In this document: one piece after another, positions 1 to 14,029 of the stretch
Layout: the number at the start of each line of letters is the position of its first letter
Numbering within the stretch: the first letter of the stretch is position 1
DNA from: the human T2T-CHM13v2.0 reference genome, Homo sapiens
Assembly: GCF_009914755.1 (NCBI RefSeq)
Contig: NC_060929.1
Length of the DNA stretch: 64,000 nucleotides
Direction: 5' to 3' (one strand)
Made by a program: the position numbers and the translations under genes
The notes under the pieces: generated by a model
Databases searched by the model: none
Seen by the model: only the letters and a program-made list of their open reading frames with translations
What the model was told of the DNA's origin: nothing

Positions 1-1007
1 CCACAGATGTATGAAATATAAATGCCCTGTATGCTACTGAATTTCTATGATTTTTACTGTTATTGTAGAAATAGTAGATTGACACAGCTTCCTAATAGGT
101 CTCCCAACTTCTCCCTTAGCCTCCTAAAATCTTGTCTAAGCATACGAGCCAGAATTTTTGTTGTTTTTGCTTTTAAATTATTTTTTCTAATTTTGTGTTA
201 CTTTAATTTCCCATAGCATATGGCAATCTTTACAGCAAAAATACAAATTTAAGGATGCATTTATTTTAATATTGTATCCATATGTCACCCATATTTTTGA
301 ACAGCTCTGACAACAAGCACAAACCTAAGCAATAGGTATAACAGAAGCCAGATAACTGGTTTTGTTCCCCAACTCCTATCATTTAAGAGGGAGCAATCAA
401 GGAACATCTTAATCAGATGAGCATCAAAGGATATGTGCATGTTTCTTTACATATATTAATTAGTGTTTTGTGTTTCGCAAAACTGAAAACAAAGCCATTT
501 TTACACAGCGTGTTGATGTCTGAGTTGTACTTTTAGAAACTGTCAGAGATCTATAAAAAGGCTTTTCTTTAAAATCAAACTTTAAGTTTACTTATTAATA
601 ATTAGATGAACTTTTAAATAAGATGTACTCTCAATTGTATTTGAAAAAAAATTATCCTTCAACTTCTTAAACTGTCCTTACTCAGATAAAGAAACCTCAA
701 ATGTCTACATATATTCTTGGAAGCTCAGACCAGGTATCTAACATACATCAGACAGATAAAGTTAATATTAACATTCACCAAATTATAAGGAAATATTAAA
801 AATTAGGAAGAAATACATCATATTTATCTGTTTACTGCGGCAATACATCCCTTCCTCTTTTGTATGATCTTTTTGTAAATAAACTGCTACATTTTAATAT
901 GCTTAATATGCCAACACAAATAGCAGACTTAATTCCATTGTTGCTCAACTGAATCAAAGTAAAAGGGCATTTTACTATGCGCATTTAAGTCAGAAGATTA
1001 ATGATAG

Positions 1008-1359
<352 letters not shown>

Positions 1360-1834
1360 GTGTTTAGTAACTTTTAAATGCTATTTAATACTGTTGCTAT
1401 AACTGGCACAACCTACTACTTGTAATGTTTAGCTATTGTTTGATTGCTAATGTTTTCATCTTTTTCTGCCTTTTCTTATTTGTCTGCTTTAGGCAAAAGT
1501 AACCATTAAACACAAAGATGATCAGCTCTGCGTTTCTTCCATGGTCTCTGACCATGGTTAGAAGATCCCCTAATTCTGCTTTCCAGAAACATCTTTTTCA
1601 ATGAAAACACCTACATTTCAGGATTTCACTGATTTTTCATGAGAGAGTTTGCCACTAAACCATGCTCTAGGAAAGTTACTCAGATCAAACAGTCATATCC
1701 AATGACAACTTCAGTCTGAATTTTTTTGGAAAGAGACCCAAAAAGTAGGTACATGGGTTAAGACAATCTGAATCTGTACCTGCTGAGGAAGGATTCTCTC
1801 TTTGGCATCAACTCACTTTTACAATTATAATTTA

Positions 1835-3020
1835 TCCTTACACCTTATAAAAAATTGATTCAAGATGGATTAAAGACTTAAATGTTAGACCTAAAACCAT
1901 AAAAACCCTGGAAGAAAACCTAGGCAATACCATTCAGGACATAGGCATGGGCAAGGACTTCATGTCTAAAACACCAAAAGCAATGGCAACAAAAGCCAAA
2001 ATTGACAAATGGGATCTAATTAAACTGAAGAGCTTCTGCACAGCAAAAGAAGCCACCATCGGAGTGAACAGGCCACCTACAGAATGGGAGAAAATTTTTG
2101 CAATCTACTCATCTGACAAAGGGCTAATATCCAGAATCTACAAAGAACTCAAACTTACAAGAAAAAGACAAACAACCCCATCAAAAAGTGGGCAAAGGAT
2201 ATGAACAGACACTTCTCAAAAGAAGACATTTATACAGCCAAAAGACACATGAAAAAATGCTCATCATCACTGGCCATCAGAGAAATGCAAATCAAAACCA
2301 CAATGAGATACCATCTCACACCAGTTTGAATGGCAATCATTAAAAAGTCAAGAAACAACAGGTGCTGGAGAGGATGTGGAGAAATAGTAACACTTTTACA
2401 CTGTTGGTGGGACTGTAAACTAGTCCAACCATTGTGGAAGACAGCGTGGCAATTCCTCAAGGATCTAGAACTAGAAATACCATTTGACCCAGCCATCCCA
2501 GTACTGGGTATATATACCCAAAGGATTATAAATCATGCTGCTATAAAGACACATCCACACGTATGTTTATTGTGGCACTATTCACAATAGCAAAGACTTG
2601 GAACCAATCCAAATGTCCAACAATGATAGACTGAATTAAGAAAATGTGGCACTTATACACTATGGAATACTATGCAGCCATAAAAAGGATGAGTTCATGT
2701 CTTTTGTAGGGACATGGATGAAGCTGGAAACCATCATTTATCAGCAAACTATTGCAAGGACAAAAAAACAAAAACCACATGGTCTCACTCATATGTGGGA
2801 ATTGAACAATGAGAACACTTGGACACAGGAAGGGGAACATCACACACTGGGGCCTGTCATGGGCTGGGGAATGGGGGAGGGGTAGCATTAGGGGATATAC
2901 CTAATATAAATGACAAGTTAATGGGTGCAGCACACCAACATGGTACATGTATACCTATGTAACAAGCCTGCACATTGTGCACATGTACCCTAGAACTTAA
3001 AGTATAATAAAAATAAAAAT
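1835..3020 (+). mobile_element. 5'-truncated L1PA (about L1PA4-6): end of ORF2, 3'UTR and A tail
   Basis: ORF 1947-2204 ([35 protein letters not shown]) is the L1 ORF2 C-terminus. The 3'UTR ends CATGTACCCTAGAACTTAAAGTATAATAA. Frameshifted. Confidence 0.95.
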
Positions 3021-3029
3021 AATAATTTT

Positions 3030-3190
3030 AGTGATTCTCAAACAACCTACATTTGAATCACCTGGGGTACTTTGCATTCAAAATAAAAGTTCCTGGGAGT
3101 CACCACAGACCACCTAAAGCAAAACAACTTGGTGGAGATTATGAATATGTATTAAAAAAATTCTTACCAAGTGATTTGTGCTCACAAATA
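3030..3190. mobile_element. MER5-like hAT-Charlie MITE, degraded
   Basis: GTGATTCTCAAAC...GAATCACCTGGGG...CAAGTGATT pattern typical of MER5. Confidence 0.4.
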
Positions 3191-5519
3191 ACTTCCCATT
3201 TAAAAGTCGTTTCAATAGGGAAATTGATGCATTATTTGACAAGGAGGCCTAAAGGAGATAGCGTTGACTAAGGTAAGATCTACATCTGAACAGAAATAGA
3301 CACTAAAGAATTGTTATAACTTGAAAACTAGGCACTGACGATAGAAGCTGATGCTTTTTGCCATGGTGTATAAAATGAAAATGGGGAGTTTGAACAGAAA
3401 CTCTCCAGCTTTGGCTCATCCTGGGCTGCTGCCTCTAGAATTACATTTATACTCTTGTTCATGTTCCAGTAAAAATACAATCTATTTTACATGACTTGTT
3501 ATTCTCTATAGTCTTGGCTGGCTTGCTCAGGCTAACATTTTTTTAATTGAAAAATTCAAGCATCTAACGTAAAATTATAAACTTGCATTGGCAACCAGTA
3601 CAAAAGCAGACATCACATAAAACCTTTGAACATAAAAGCAATGAAGCAAATTTTTTAGAGTATGGAATTACTCCCCCATTCCTACAACCAAGGCAGCTCA
3701 GACTGTGTTTGCTGATGTTTTCTTTATTTCTCTTTTTGGCACATCAGTAAACACTAAGTAATTCATCCAGACACTATTGTGCATCTTTGAAATCAAATTT
3801 ATTTGGCTTTTGTGAGCTAGTGTGAAGTCTCACCTTTAAAATGAGCAATGAGAGTTAATAAATAGCTATTGAACTGTACCCAATGGAAGAGGCAGAGCTG
3901 GGGGTTGATGGATGTCATTGTTTGTCACTCAATAATTCATCTGAATGCCTATGACAGCGCCTTTAAGTATGGGAAAATAGCAATGTAGTTATTCAGAAAC
4001 AGACCCAGTCTTTTTAGACTGGACTTCTGAAAGACAGACCTCGCTAAAAAAGCTGAAAAGAAGGGAATAGCATTCTGTCTCATTAAATGCCCAGCACACA
4101 TGCAAAAACATAGATGCACACACAAGTTTTACACCCCACTTTCAAAATCAGATTTTATTTTATCTCCAAAACATATAACTAAATAAAAGATAAATGAGTA
4201 ACATATAGACTGAAATATATGAACATTTATTAAAATATTCATCAGGTAACCTCAAATATTTAATTTTGAAATGCTCCATCCATTGGTCTGTTGGATTAAT
4301 AGCATGGTAATTCATGCAGAAGATGGTCAAAAATCATTGTAATCATGTGTGTGAGCTGTGTAAGCTACTTCATACTTCCCCTTCTACAAAATGGGAATAG
4401 TGGACTGGATTATAGTTTGATAATTTATAAAAAGAAACTATCAAAGTGAGATTCAGCTTAAAAATAAAAACTAATTATTTCTGCCTTTTTTATAAGTCAA
4501 AACATATAGATTCTGCATTTCCAGAGATTACTAAATATACTTGAAAATATTTAAGATAAAATTATTTGGGTTATTATGATAAGAAATAGAAGGAAATGTA
4601 GCTGATTATATTTTACTGCTAATTTATCAATATTGTATTCCAGAGGATGTATGTGTGTGCACATCTGTATTAATAGATAGAGACATATATAGATAAATAG
4701 ATCAATAGATGGAAAAATAGAAACAAATATAAATGTATAGATATAAATATGGAATCCTAGGTATATGTAGTAAAATAAAATTTTTATGGCAATATACATA
4801 CATAATGAACACACATGTATCTATTTTATGGAATTAAGAGAAAATCAAATAATTATGAAAAATAATTGGCCAAGCCTGCAAGAGAACACCAGTGAAACTA
4901 AACAGCAATAACTTTTTAAATATTCAATAAACCAAAACAAGGAGGAGGTAGCATTACTGAATACAATGAAGAGAGACAGAAATAGGTATAATGGGGAAAA
5001 CAAAGAGGAATAATTAACAGAAGCATAGAGTGGCTTTAAATGGTTATTTTCTTCACTTTTGTATTCAAAATTAAACTTTAGTGTTTGAATCGATACTTAA
5101 TGTACTTCTTATATTTTTAGATATCTCTACTCGATTATTTTTAACATGTGGAGCAGAGAATTCAGCAGAAGAAGAAGTAGGAGGAGCAGGGGTATGGTAA
5201 AAGCGAGGAAAGAAAAACAAAACACTCTGCCTTACTAACTTGAACTTCTCTGAAAACAAAGGGAAATAAACAACTTCTGATATAAAGACTGTGATACTAT
5301 CCTCCCCTATCATTACCTCAACTACTCAGTGGAGTCCAAATTCTCTAAGCATTATTACCTTCAAAATAGATTTCGAAGCACCTTCAAAACGGCCCATTGA
5401 CTTTGAATCACTTCTGGTCAACACTGCAAGCCAGGGGATTTCTCCTCCATTCAGTAGACTACAAACACATTTCCAACAAAAAGTCTGCATCCCAGCCTTA
5501 AAGCCCATCCTTCCCTTTC

Positions 5520-5710
5520 CAAGTTAGTTTCCTCTTTAGGTAGTCACCTTCAGACCCAGAGTAGTCATTAGAATCCTCTTTTATTCTCTCTTAGTTATAA
5601 ATAATTGATTATTAGATAGATAAGAAAATATTTATAATTATCCACGTTAAACTTTCCTGTTTAAATTATTGTTTAGTTTTTGTCTCCTGATATGACCCTT
5701 GACTAATACA
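5520..5710 (+). mobile_element. 3' end of an ancient ERVL-type LTR, family uncertain
   Basis: Ends TTAAACTTTCCTGTTTAAATTATTG...TGTCTCCTGATATGACCCTTGACTAATACA, which resembles an ERVL LTR terminus. Confidence 0.35.
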
Positions 5711-6640
5711 GTATTACAGGTACTAGTGGCAGAAACAGGTTAGCCTATTTCTAAGGATTAAAAAAACCCACCCAATCAAAATACTTCCATTAGAAGCAGA
5801 AATACATTAGTAATATTGAAAGTATGCCATAATCATTCTTTGTATTAAATAATTATGGCTATAATTATCCACAAATTTAAAAAATTAAAAGTAATAAAAT
5901 TTATTTTTAAGGATTCAGTTATTTATTCCCACCAGTCATATCAGTAGGTCCACAAAGAAGAATGTTCAGATGAAAGCATTTTCTTAACTCAGGAATAACT
6001 GTAAGGAAGCTCCTAGAATGTAATGCACTGTACATTATGCAATTTTTATGCATCATGTATGTTTCATGCACATTTTCCTTCATACATGTTGCCTAAATAT
6101 AGCAAACACTCAATACAAATCTAGTTTAATAGGCATATTATAATGCAACCACAAAAATCAACCACTATACTACTTAAAGGGCTACCACTTCATTATCGAA
6201 GAACTCCAAAATGATCTATCAATTACACTAAACCAGATAAAACCACAAGGATGCTTTGTAGTAACCTTGAAATTTCTACATGTAAACAAAGCCATGCAAT
6301 AATTTTTGCATGGTTTATTTTATTGTGATGAAAGCTACATTAATATTAAAGGTTTCCACCACATTTTCTCTGATGTCAGTCTAAATGCAGTAACTACTAA
6401 TAATGTTATAGCAGAAAGCCATGCAGCTTAGCGTATGTTCCCGTAACATCTTCATATTTTTGTTAATTCCTTTAGCAAGTGATACCAGCTTCAAGGAAGA
6501 TAAAATAAACAGTAATCCTTCCCTCAAGGAGACAAGATAATGAGAAGTCTTCATGTCATTTGAGCTCAGTCTTGAAGGCTTGTGGATGAGGACTATGAAA
6601 GGCCTTTAGGGAAATAATGAGAAATGTGATGGGGAGGGAC

Positions 6641-6997
6641 TGATATGGCTTGGCTTTGTGTCCCCACCCAAATCTCAAATCAAAATCCCCACATGTCAAG
6701 GGAGAGACCTGATGGGATGTGACTGGGTCATGGGGGCTCTTTCCCCCATGCTGTTGTCATGATATTGAGTGAGTTCTCACAATATCTGATGGTTTTATGA
6801 GAAGCTCTTCCCCCTTCACTCACCACTCTCTCTCACCTGCCCCCATGTAAGATGTGCTACTTCCCCTTCCACCATGATTGTAAGTTTCCTGAGGCCTCCC
6901 CAGCCCTGTGGAACTGTGAGTCAATTAAACCTCCTTTCTTTATAAATTACCCAGTCTCAGGTATGTGTTTACAGCAGTGTGAAAATGGACTAATACA
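6641..6997 (+). mobile_element. THE1 (C/D-like) solo LTR, ERVL-MaLR
   Basis: Starts TGATATGGCTTGGCTTTGTGTCCCCACCCAAATCTCA, ends GTGTGAAAATGGACTAATACA, with internal GTAAGTTTCCTGAGGCCTCCCCAGCC. Confidence 0.93.
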
Positions 6998-7351
6998 GAA
7001 ACTAACAGATAAATTGGCAACCAGTTGTGATTTTCTTTACCCAGAATTTTTAACAGATTCAATCATCATGAAAGAAAGCAGAAAAAATAATCTACTAGAC
7101 TCATCTAGGATTGAGGAGGGCAAGGCAGGAGTTGCAGAAGTTCAAAGATTCTATAACACAAATAAGAGCACCATGAAAATTAGAAACAAAGATAAGATCC
7201 TTGCTGGGGAGAGACAGAGATGATGTCCAGAGAGGACTGATGGAAGAATAAAAGAAAAGAGTAAGTTTATATAAGTAAGAAATATATGGGGTTATGGAAG
7301 TGGTAGACAAGGGAGAGATCTTAAGAGTTAAATGTCTTAGAAATCAAGCAG

Positions 7352-7430
7352 TGCTGAGTCATGACAAGGACCACGATGCACTCATCTTATGATTCCATTG
7401 CTTCAGCAAGTGGGCGGGTGGGGAGGAGGG
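7352..7430. promoter_or_regulatory. Candidate enhancer motifs: consensus ARE/MARE plus a GC-box/G-quadruplex tract
   Basis: TGCTGAGTCAT at 7352-7362 and GGGCGGGTGGGGAGGAGGG at 7412-7430. Motif match only. Confidence 0.3.
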
Positions 7431-7914
7431 CTGAGGTGCACACAGTGGACCTACTATTCAATTGTTGTACTTAACCTGATAACAACCAGTATGTGGCCAA
7501 AATCCATCAATCACCCTTGGGTTAGAAAAAGAAAAAAGGGTAGAGTTTGGAATTAGGCCAGAATAGCATAAATGTGATTTAGAATATTTAATGGAAGTTT
7601 GAGAAAAAATATTCCATAGAGGAATTAAAATACAAGTTGTATCCCTCTCTTCAGAAATTCTTTTGTCACTTTAATTGCAGAATCTCTAGAACCAAGATCG
7701 TACCTCGAAGCAAAAACACATGGGGTTATGTGGTACAAGTTCATTTTATAGTTAACATACTAAATTCACCTCTAGTTGTTTTACAGAAAAATATGTTTTT
7801 CTTCCACAACCATATCATACACTCTGTAAAGAAAAAAGTCATATTCTCCTTTTCCTCTGGACCATGGCTACTGAGGATAAAACTGTGTAGGGCACTATGA
7901 AGCAATGAAAAGAA

Positions 7915-8140
7915 AATGGGCTCAGAAGACAGAAAGTTCTCCATTCCAATCCCTGCACCTTTACTTCCTAGCCATGTGACCCTGAGAAAGTTACTACTCC
8001 TTTTGAAACTTAAATTTCTTCATCTAATGTAATGTTGATAATATTTATGCAATAGATCCCGTGAGCCTTTAGTGAGATAAGCACCTAGCAGAGTTCCAGG
8101 CATGAAGTAAATACTTTAAATGATTGTTAACTATTGCTGC
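7915..8140 (+). mobile_element. MIR
   Basis: MIR core: TACTTCCTAGCCATGTGACCCTGAGAAAGTTACT...TTTCTTCATCT...GCACCTAGCAGAGTTCCAGGCA. Confidence 0.75.
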
Positions 8141-10022
8141 TACCATACGAACAGACTAAGCTTAAGAAAGATTTTTTAAATCAATGTAGTTCAATATAAG
8201 CGCTAGTTTTTTAAAGAAAAATCCAGATTATCTTATAAGGTCCTTATTGCCTTCAAATTTCCAGAATGTGTCTACAAGGTGTAGCAGAAATGAATTATTT
8301 TTATGGACAGTATCATTATAGAGCAAGTCAAGGCAAATCTTCCAGATGACAAAATCTGGAGATACCTGCAGAGCAACCTCCTGTCTCATAATGGCGTGAT
8401 ACGGTTGATTTCAGGATGAGGCTGTGAGCCAGTGCTGCCATTTGAAGTAGACAAGGCTGGTGAGCTGCTGACCACAATAAGAGGCTCTCTCTTGTAACCT
8501 GACTCCAGAAATACCCACTCTTTTTTCCAGCTTCTCTCTTGTGTTTTTCAAATATGCCTTAGCCCTGCTTCCTTCCATTCTGAAATATAAACCCTTGCCC
8601 TCAGAAAGGACACCAGCATATTTTGCCAGACAAATAAATTAAATTCAGTTGAACCTCCATCAGTGTGTTGACCCTGTACCATCCATGATTTAAAAAAAAA
8701 AAGAGAAAGGAAAGTAACTATCTTAACATTCCAGAAGACAAATTGAAATATATAATAATATAAGAGTTTCTGGCACTCCCAGCAGCCAAATTCAAATGAA
8801 AGCATTTGTTTAACTGCATTTAGCAAAAAAAAAAAAAAAAAAAAAAAAACCACAAAAAGGAAGAGAGATGTGCAGAGTGTGTGTATTTCCATGGTTACTA
8901 TATTTTGAGTAGCTTCAGGGTGGAATATATGAAATAATCAGTACACAGACTGTACTAAACCTATGACAGCTGAGCTTGAAAGTTAAAAAATATCCAAGAA
9001 ACAGAATAATTATACAACTAAGATATCTCTACAGATATGTGTCTGGATTTACTACACTATTAAGAAAGAAAAAGGTAGAGAAAAGGAAATGAACATTTAC
9101 TTCCCTACAAATTAATAATTTTCTTGCCAGTGTTACATGTACTAGAAGTAAAAGCGGATTAACCTGCTTTGTAGAGGTATTTTTAGAAACAAAATAACCA
9201 AAAAAAAAAAACTCTTCAAAGTACAAAAAATGCAACATTCATAGCAAGTAGCACAAAGAAAAGGGAATAACCCCTTTAGCTAATTAGTATTTAAAATTGA
9301 CTCAATAGCAACAAAATATGACAATATGAGTCTAGACCCAGAAATTCAGTATTTTATCTAAAACTAAATCTTTTTCTTTGAAATAGAAATGGCCTACTCT
9401 TGTTACAAAAGATGAAATAATCATTTAATGCAATAGAAGAGCATCAGAACTTAACCTACTAGGCAGTTTTTCACTTGGCCAAAGTCATCTTTTAATTTCT
9501 TAACATCATTTATTTGTATAATTCTTCTTGGTAATTACGAATGTACCTTACTTGTATGCAACAGATGTGGAGGATTTTTTAAAGCCGAGTAACTTTAAAA
9601 ATGTATAAATTATATTATGTTTGCAATACCTCAGGAAGATTTCCTACTACTTAAAGAGATCCTTTTAGAATAAAAAATCATCTATGGAATTAAAAACATA
9701 AAATAACCCCAATTCTGTCATTTATATAAATCACATAGTTTGGGAGGTTTTAAGTTGCATCTCTCAAGACTGCCAATTAGTAGAAGAATTTCAAATATTC
9801 AGATTTAATTATAGCTCTGAAGTATTCTCTGGAATATTTCTATTAAATATATACAAGATAAAATGTGTGAGAAAGCAGAAATGATAAAAGGATTTTTAAA
9901 ATTTTAAAATGGCAATGTGTACAGGTGAGGCATGCAAACACATATATTATGAATAGTCTTAGAGAGAACAGACAGGTTATAACCATCACAGTGTCTGGGA
10001 CAACATATGCATTCTACAGTTA

Positions 10023-10424
<402 letters not shown>

Positions 10425-10839
10425 TCACAAAAATCACAAGCGGGTAAGATGAACAATGCACTATTTACGTCTGAATCAAATTGGCTTGTATATTTTTAGT
10501 TGATAATTCAAATCAGAAAAAAAAGTTTTAAAAAAATCGTCCAATGAATTATTGGTCAAATGGAGTTTTACAGCTGACCATGTTCTTTAAATAGAGAAAT
10601 CATGTAAAACAGTTATTGAAATAATTGAAATCAAAGAATTTTTGAGATAGTTATTGATTGATTCCAAAATTTGTTTTATTGTATTGGAAAACCGACAAAA
10701 CATTTTTTATTAAAAAGTTATTTCCAAAGAAATGCCTTCTAAAAACTAAAAATAGCATGTTTTTTACATTAAAGTGATATTTTGAAAAATTATATTGATT
10801 ATTTGAAAGTGGCTTTGAAATTCTTAGCACATCACTTGC

Positions 10840-12660
10840 CCCAAGTGTAGCAGATAGAAAGAGGTGAGAAGACCAAGGAGGTCTTTCCTTCCTAAGTGAC
10901 TGGAGATTTAAAAGAACCATTCAGAAAGCTTGCCATATGTTCCCTGGAGTTTGAGGACAGTTTCTGACCCATACCAGAAAAAGATAAAAGGTAAGAAGAC
11001 AGCTAGGGTAACGTGTGGTAAGTATACTGGGAACAGACTTTGCTTCCACAATTTGGAAAGCCAAGAAGTTTGTGTTCCATCAGCAAAAGAGGACTGTGAA
11101 AAATAGCCAAGTCTGAGTCACAGAAAAGTGTCTCAGATAAGAGCATCGATTCTGCAGTGGTGTGGGGTGCAGCTGGAGGACTAAGGGGAGAATCATAGGC
11201 AGCTGCTAGCTGGAGAAGATGTTGTCTGTCAGCAGACTACAAGAGGAAGAGCCACTAGCAATGGGAATAGGGAAAAACCTCAGAAGAAATGACAGGAGTG
11301 TCCCACAGGAAAGAAACCTGCATTTGGAAATCTGCTATATACAGGGAGCAAAAACACTGATTCTTATCTCTAAACTTCACCCCTAGGCCTATCCGTGGAT
11401 GAGACTAGAACCAGCATCTAGAAGGAGAACAGGAGATAAAGCAAGAAAAAAGATCTACCCTCCACACTTTTCATACAAGTTTTAAAGCCTGAGTCAAAGC
11501 AAAACTAAAGAATGTTTTAATTCAAAATTATTGAAGTTTTGGTAATAAAATTGTCTGGACTTTTTAATACCTGAAAATGACTAGAAAATCCATTGTCTCT
11601 GCCCAAGATTTTTTTTCTTTATTTCTTCTAAGAAAAAAAAAAAAACAGGATACATAAGCAGAATGTGCAGATTTGTTACATAGGTATCGTGAGCCATGGT
11701 GGCTTGCTACACCTATTGACCCATCCTCTAAGTTCCCTCCCCTCAACCCCTGCAACAGGCCCTAGTATGTGCTGTTGCCCTCTCTGTGTCCATGTGTTCT
11801 CAGTGTTCAACTCCCACTTATGAGAACATGTGGTGTTTGGTTTCCTGTTCCTGTGTTAGTTTGATGAGGATGATGGCTTCCAGCTTCATCCATGTCCTTG
11901 CAAAAGATATGATCTCATTCCTTTTCATGGCTGCGTATATGTGTATATGTACTACATTTTCTTCATCCAGTGTATCACTGATGGGCATTTGGGTTGGTTC
12001 CATGTCTTTGTTATTGTAAATAGTGCTGCAGTAAACATATGTGTGCATGTGTCTCTATAGTAGAATGATTTATATTCCTTTGGGTATATACCCAGTAATG
12101 GGATTGCTGGGTCAAATGGCATTTTTGGTTCTATATCCTTGAGGAATTGCCATACTGTTTTCCACAATGGTTGAACTAATTTACATTCCCACCAACAGCA
12201 TAAAAGTGTTTCTATTTCTCCACAGCCTCGCCAGCATCTATTGTTTCCTGACTTTTTAATAATCACCATTCTGACTGGTATGAGATGGTATCTCATTGTG
12301 GTTATGATTTGCATTTCTCTGATGATCAGTGATATTGAGCTTTTCTTCAGATATTTATGGCTGCATAAATGTCTTCTTTTGAGAATGTCTTTTCATATCA
12401 TTTGCCTACTTTTTGATGGGGTTGTTTGTTTTTTTCTTGTAAATATGTTTAAGTTCCTTATATATTCTGGGTATTAGACCTTTTTCAGATGAGTAGATTG
12501 CAAAAAATTCCTCCAATCCTGTAGGTTGCCTGTTCACTCTGATGACAGTTTCTTTTGCTGTTCTGCCCAAGATTTCATTTAGCAGCTGGGATGAACAGTT
12601 CTGCATAATGGATTTAAAGATTAAGAAAGCAGTACTGAGATAACAATAAAAATAGTAAAT
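10840..12660 (+). mobile_element. Possible ancient LTR (LTR78-like) interrupted by the L1PA8
   Basis: The flanks rejoin as GAAAATGACTAGAAAATCCATTGTCTCTGCCCAAGATTTCAT...AATAAA, reminiscent of an old mammalian LTR. Boundaries uncertain. Confidence 0.3.
11612..12561 (-). mobile_element. 5'-truncated L1PA8-like element
   Basis: Antisense ORF2 end (ORF 11952-12314) and an L1PA8-type 3' end (TTTATTTCTTCTAAGAAAA...GGATACAT). Perfect 14-bp TSD TCTGCCCAAGATTT at 11598-11611 and 12562-12575. Confidence 0.93.
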
Positions 12661-14029
12661 TATTATTATTATAATGTTTATCTGGCTTCATACTGACTCA
12701 TAGTCATTAAACCAATTATATATTAAAGTTTATTAAAATATTAAAGAGTTATTAATGACCAGGGCTTTTCCCCTCAAATCTTTTCTTAAGATCACTATTT
12801 CTCAGATTGGGGCACTTGTATCCCTAGGAGGTATGGCAGTATGTCAGAGTACACAAGCAAAGTCATAAGATTGTGACTTTGAAACAAAGAAATGATCATT
12901 TGTATCCAGGGAAGAATAGATTAGAAAAGAAACTCAGTGTGTGTCAGAGCCAAAGTGTGATAGAAGAAAAGTTTCTGAACATAATAGGAGAAACTAGTTC
13001 ATGAAGCACTCCTGGCTAAGAATTTCACCGGTTCTTTGATGGAAATGTTTGGAAATTTAACATGAGAATCATATTATATATTATGACATTTCATGATGTC
13101 TATAAATATGTCACTTAGTTAAACTATTACACAACACTAATTCTCTACTGTTTGTTTAGCCATTTTTATTTAATATTTTTATTATCTATATAAAGTTGCA
13201 AACCAAAAAAATTTTCTCATATATTAATAAATAAACAATTATATTAAAGTCAAGATTCTAGTATCTTTTGTGGGCAAAGCCGATACAACACAACTCCTGA
13301 AAATGGCTTCTAAAAATACACCAATTAAGAGAGCTAAATGGGGGAGGGAGTCTCTGATAACAATGTTGGTTATAAGTTTTGTCTTCGATTAATACCTTAG
13401 CTGCAAATCTTTGACAATGATAGACAAAATATCTCAAGAGCAATCTGAACATAGTCCAGCTCTGAAGCAAAATAAACATCTTTATGGAGCAGAAACAAAC
13501 ACAAAGTTGAAGGGACAAAGCCACAGGTCTGTGAGAGTTGGAAAATGGAAGCAGCAAGTGTTGGACAAGAGTTCACTGCTACACGACAACAGGCTAACTG
13601 GAGACAGGAGTTCTAAGTGAGATGAGGGGCAAGGACCAAGCTGACTGCATGAAGTCAGTGCTCCCTGCCTTTGCCCAAGGGAAGATGGAAAAACTATTGC
13701 TAGTCCCTGCCTACACTAAGGTTTTTGAGAAGTGAAAGGACAAGGACATATAATTTTAATCAGAAACTAAATATATGCAATATCCTTAATATCACTAGAC
13801 AATGTATGCTCTGAGCCACCATTATAAGTAAGACCTGGTTCGAGGCTGGGGACAGATGCCTGAGTGAAGTGTCTGACTTCCAAACTACTTGACAGCCATT
13901 TAGTTTGACAAGCTGGGGGATAAATTTGGGATGGATTTGAGGAGGATAAGAACAGGGTAAAGGACTTGAGTTGTACATAAAAACAACTGCAATGAGCCCA
14001 TAAGCCTATTCAGTAATGTCTTAAATATA

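Noticed and set aside
2861-2882. G-quadruplex motif
   Set aside because: Standard G-rich tract of the L1 3'UTR, not locus-specific.
6715-6735. DUX4 site in THE1
   Set aside because: The corresponding position reads TGACTGGGTCA and does not match the motif.
8814-8849. A25 run as a retrocopy tail or a minus-strand acceptor tract
   Set aside because: No element body, poly(A) signal or TSD, and no convincing partner donor. Treated as a mononucleotide repeat.
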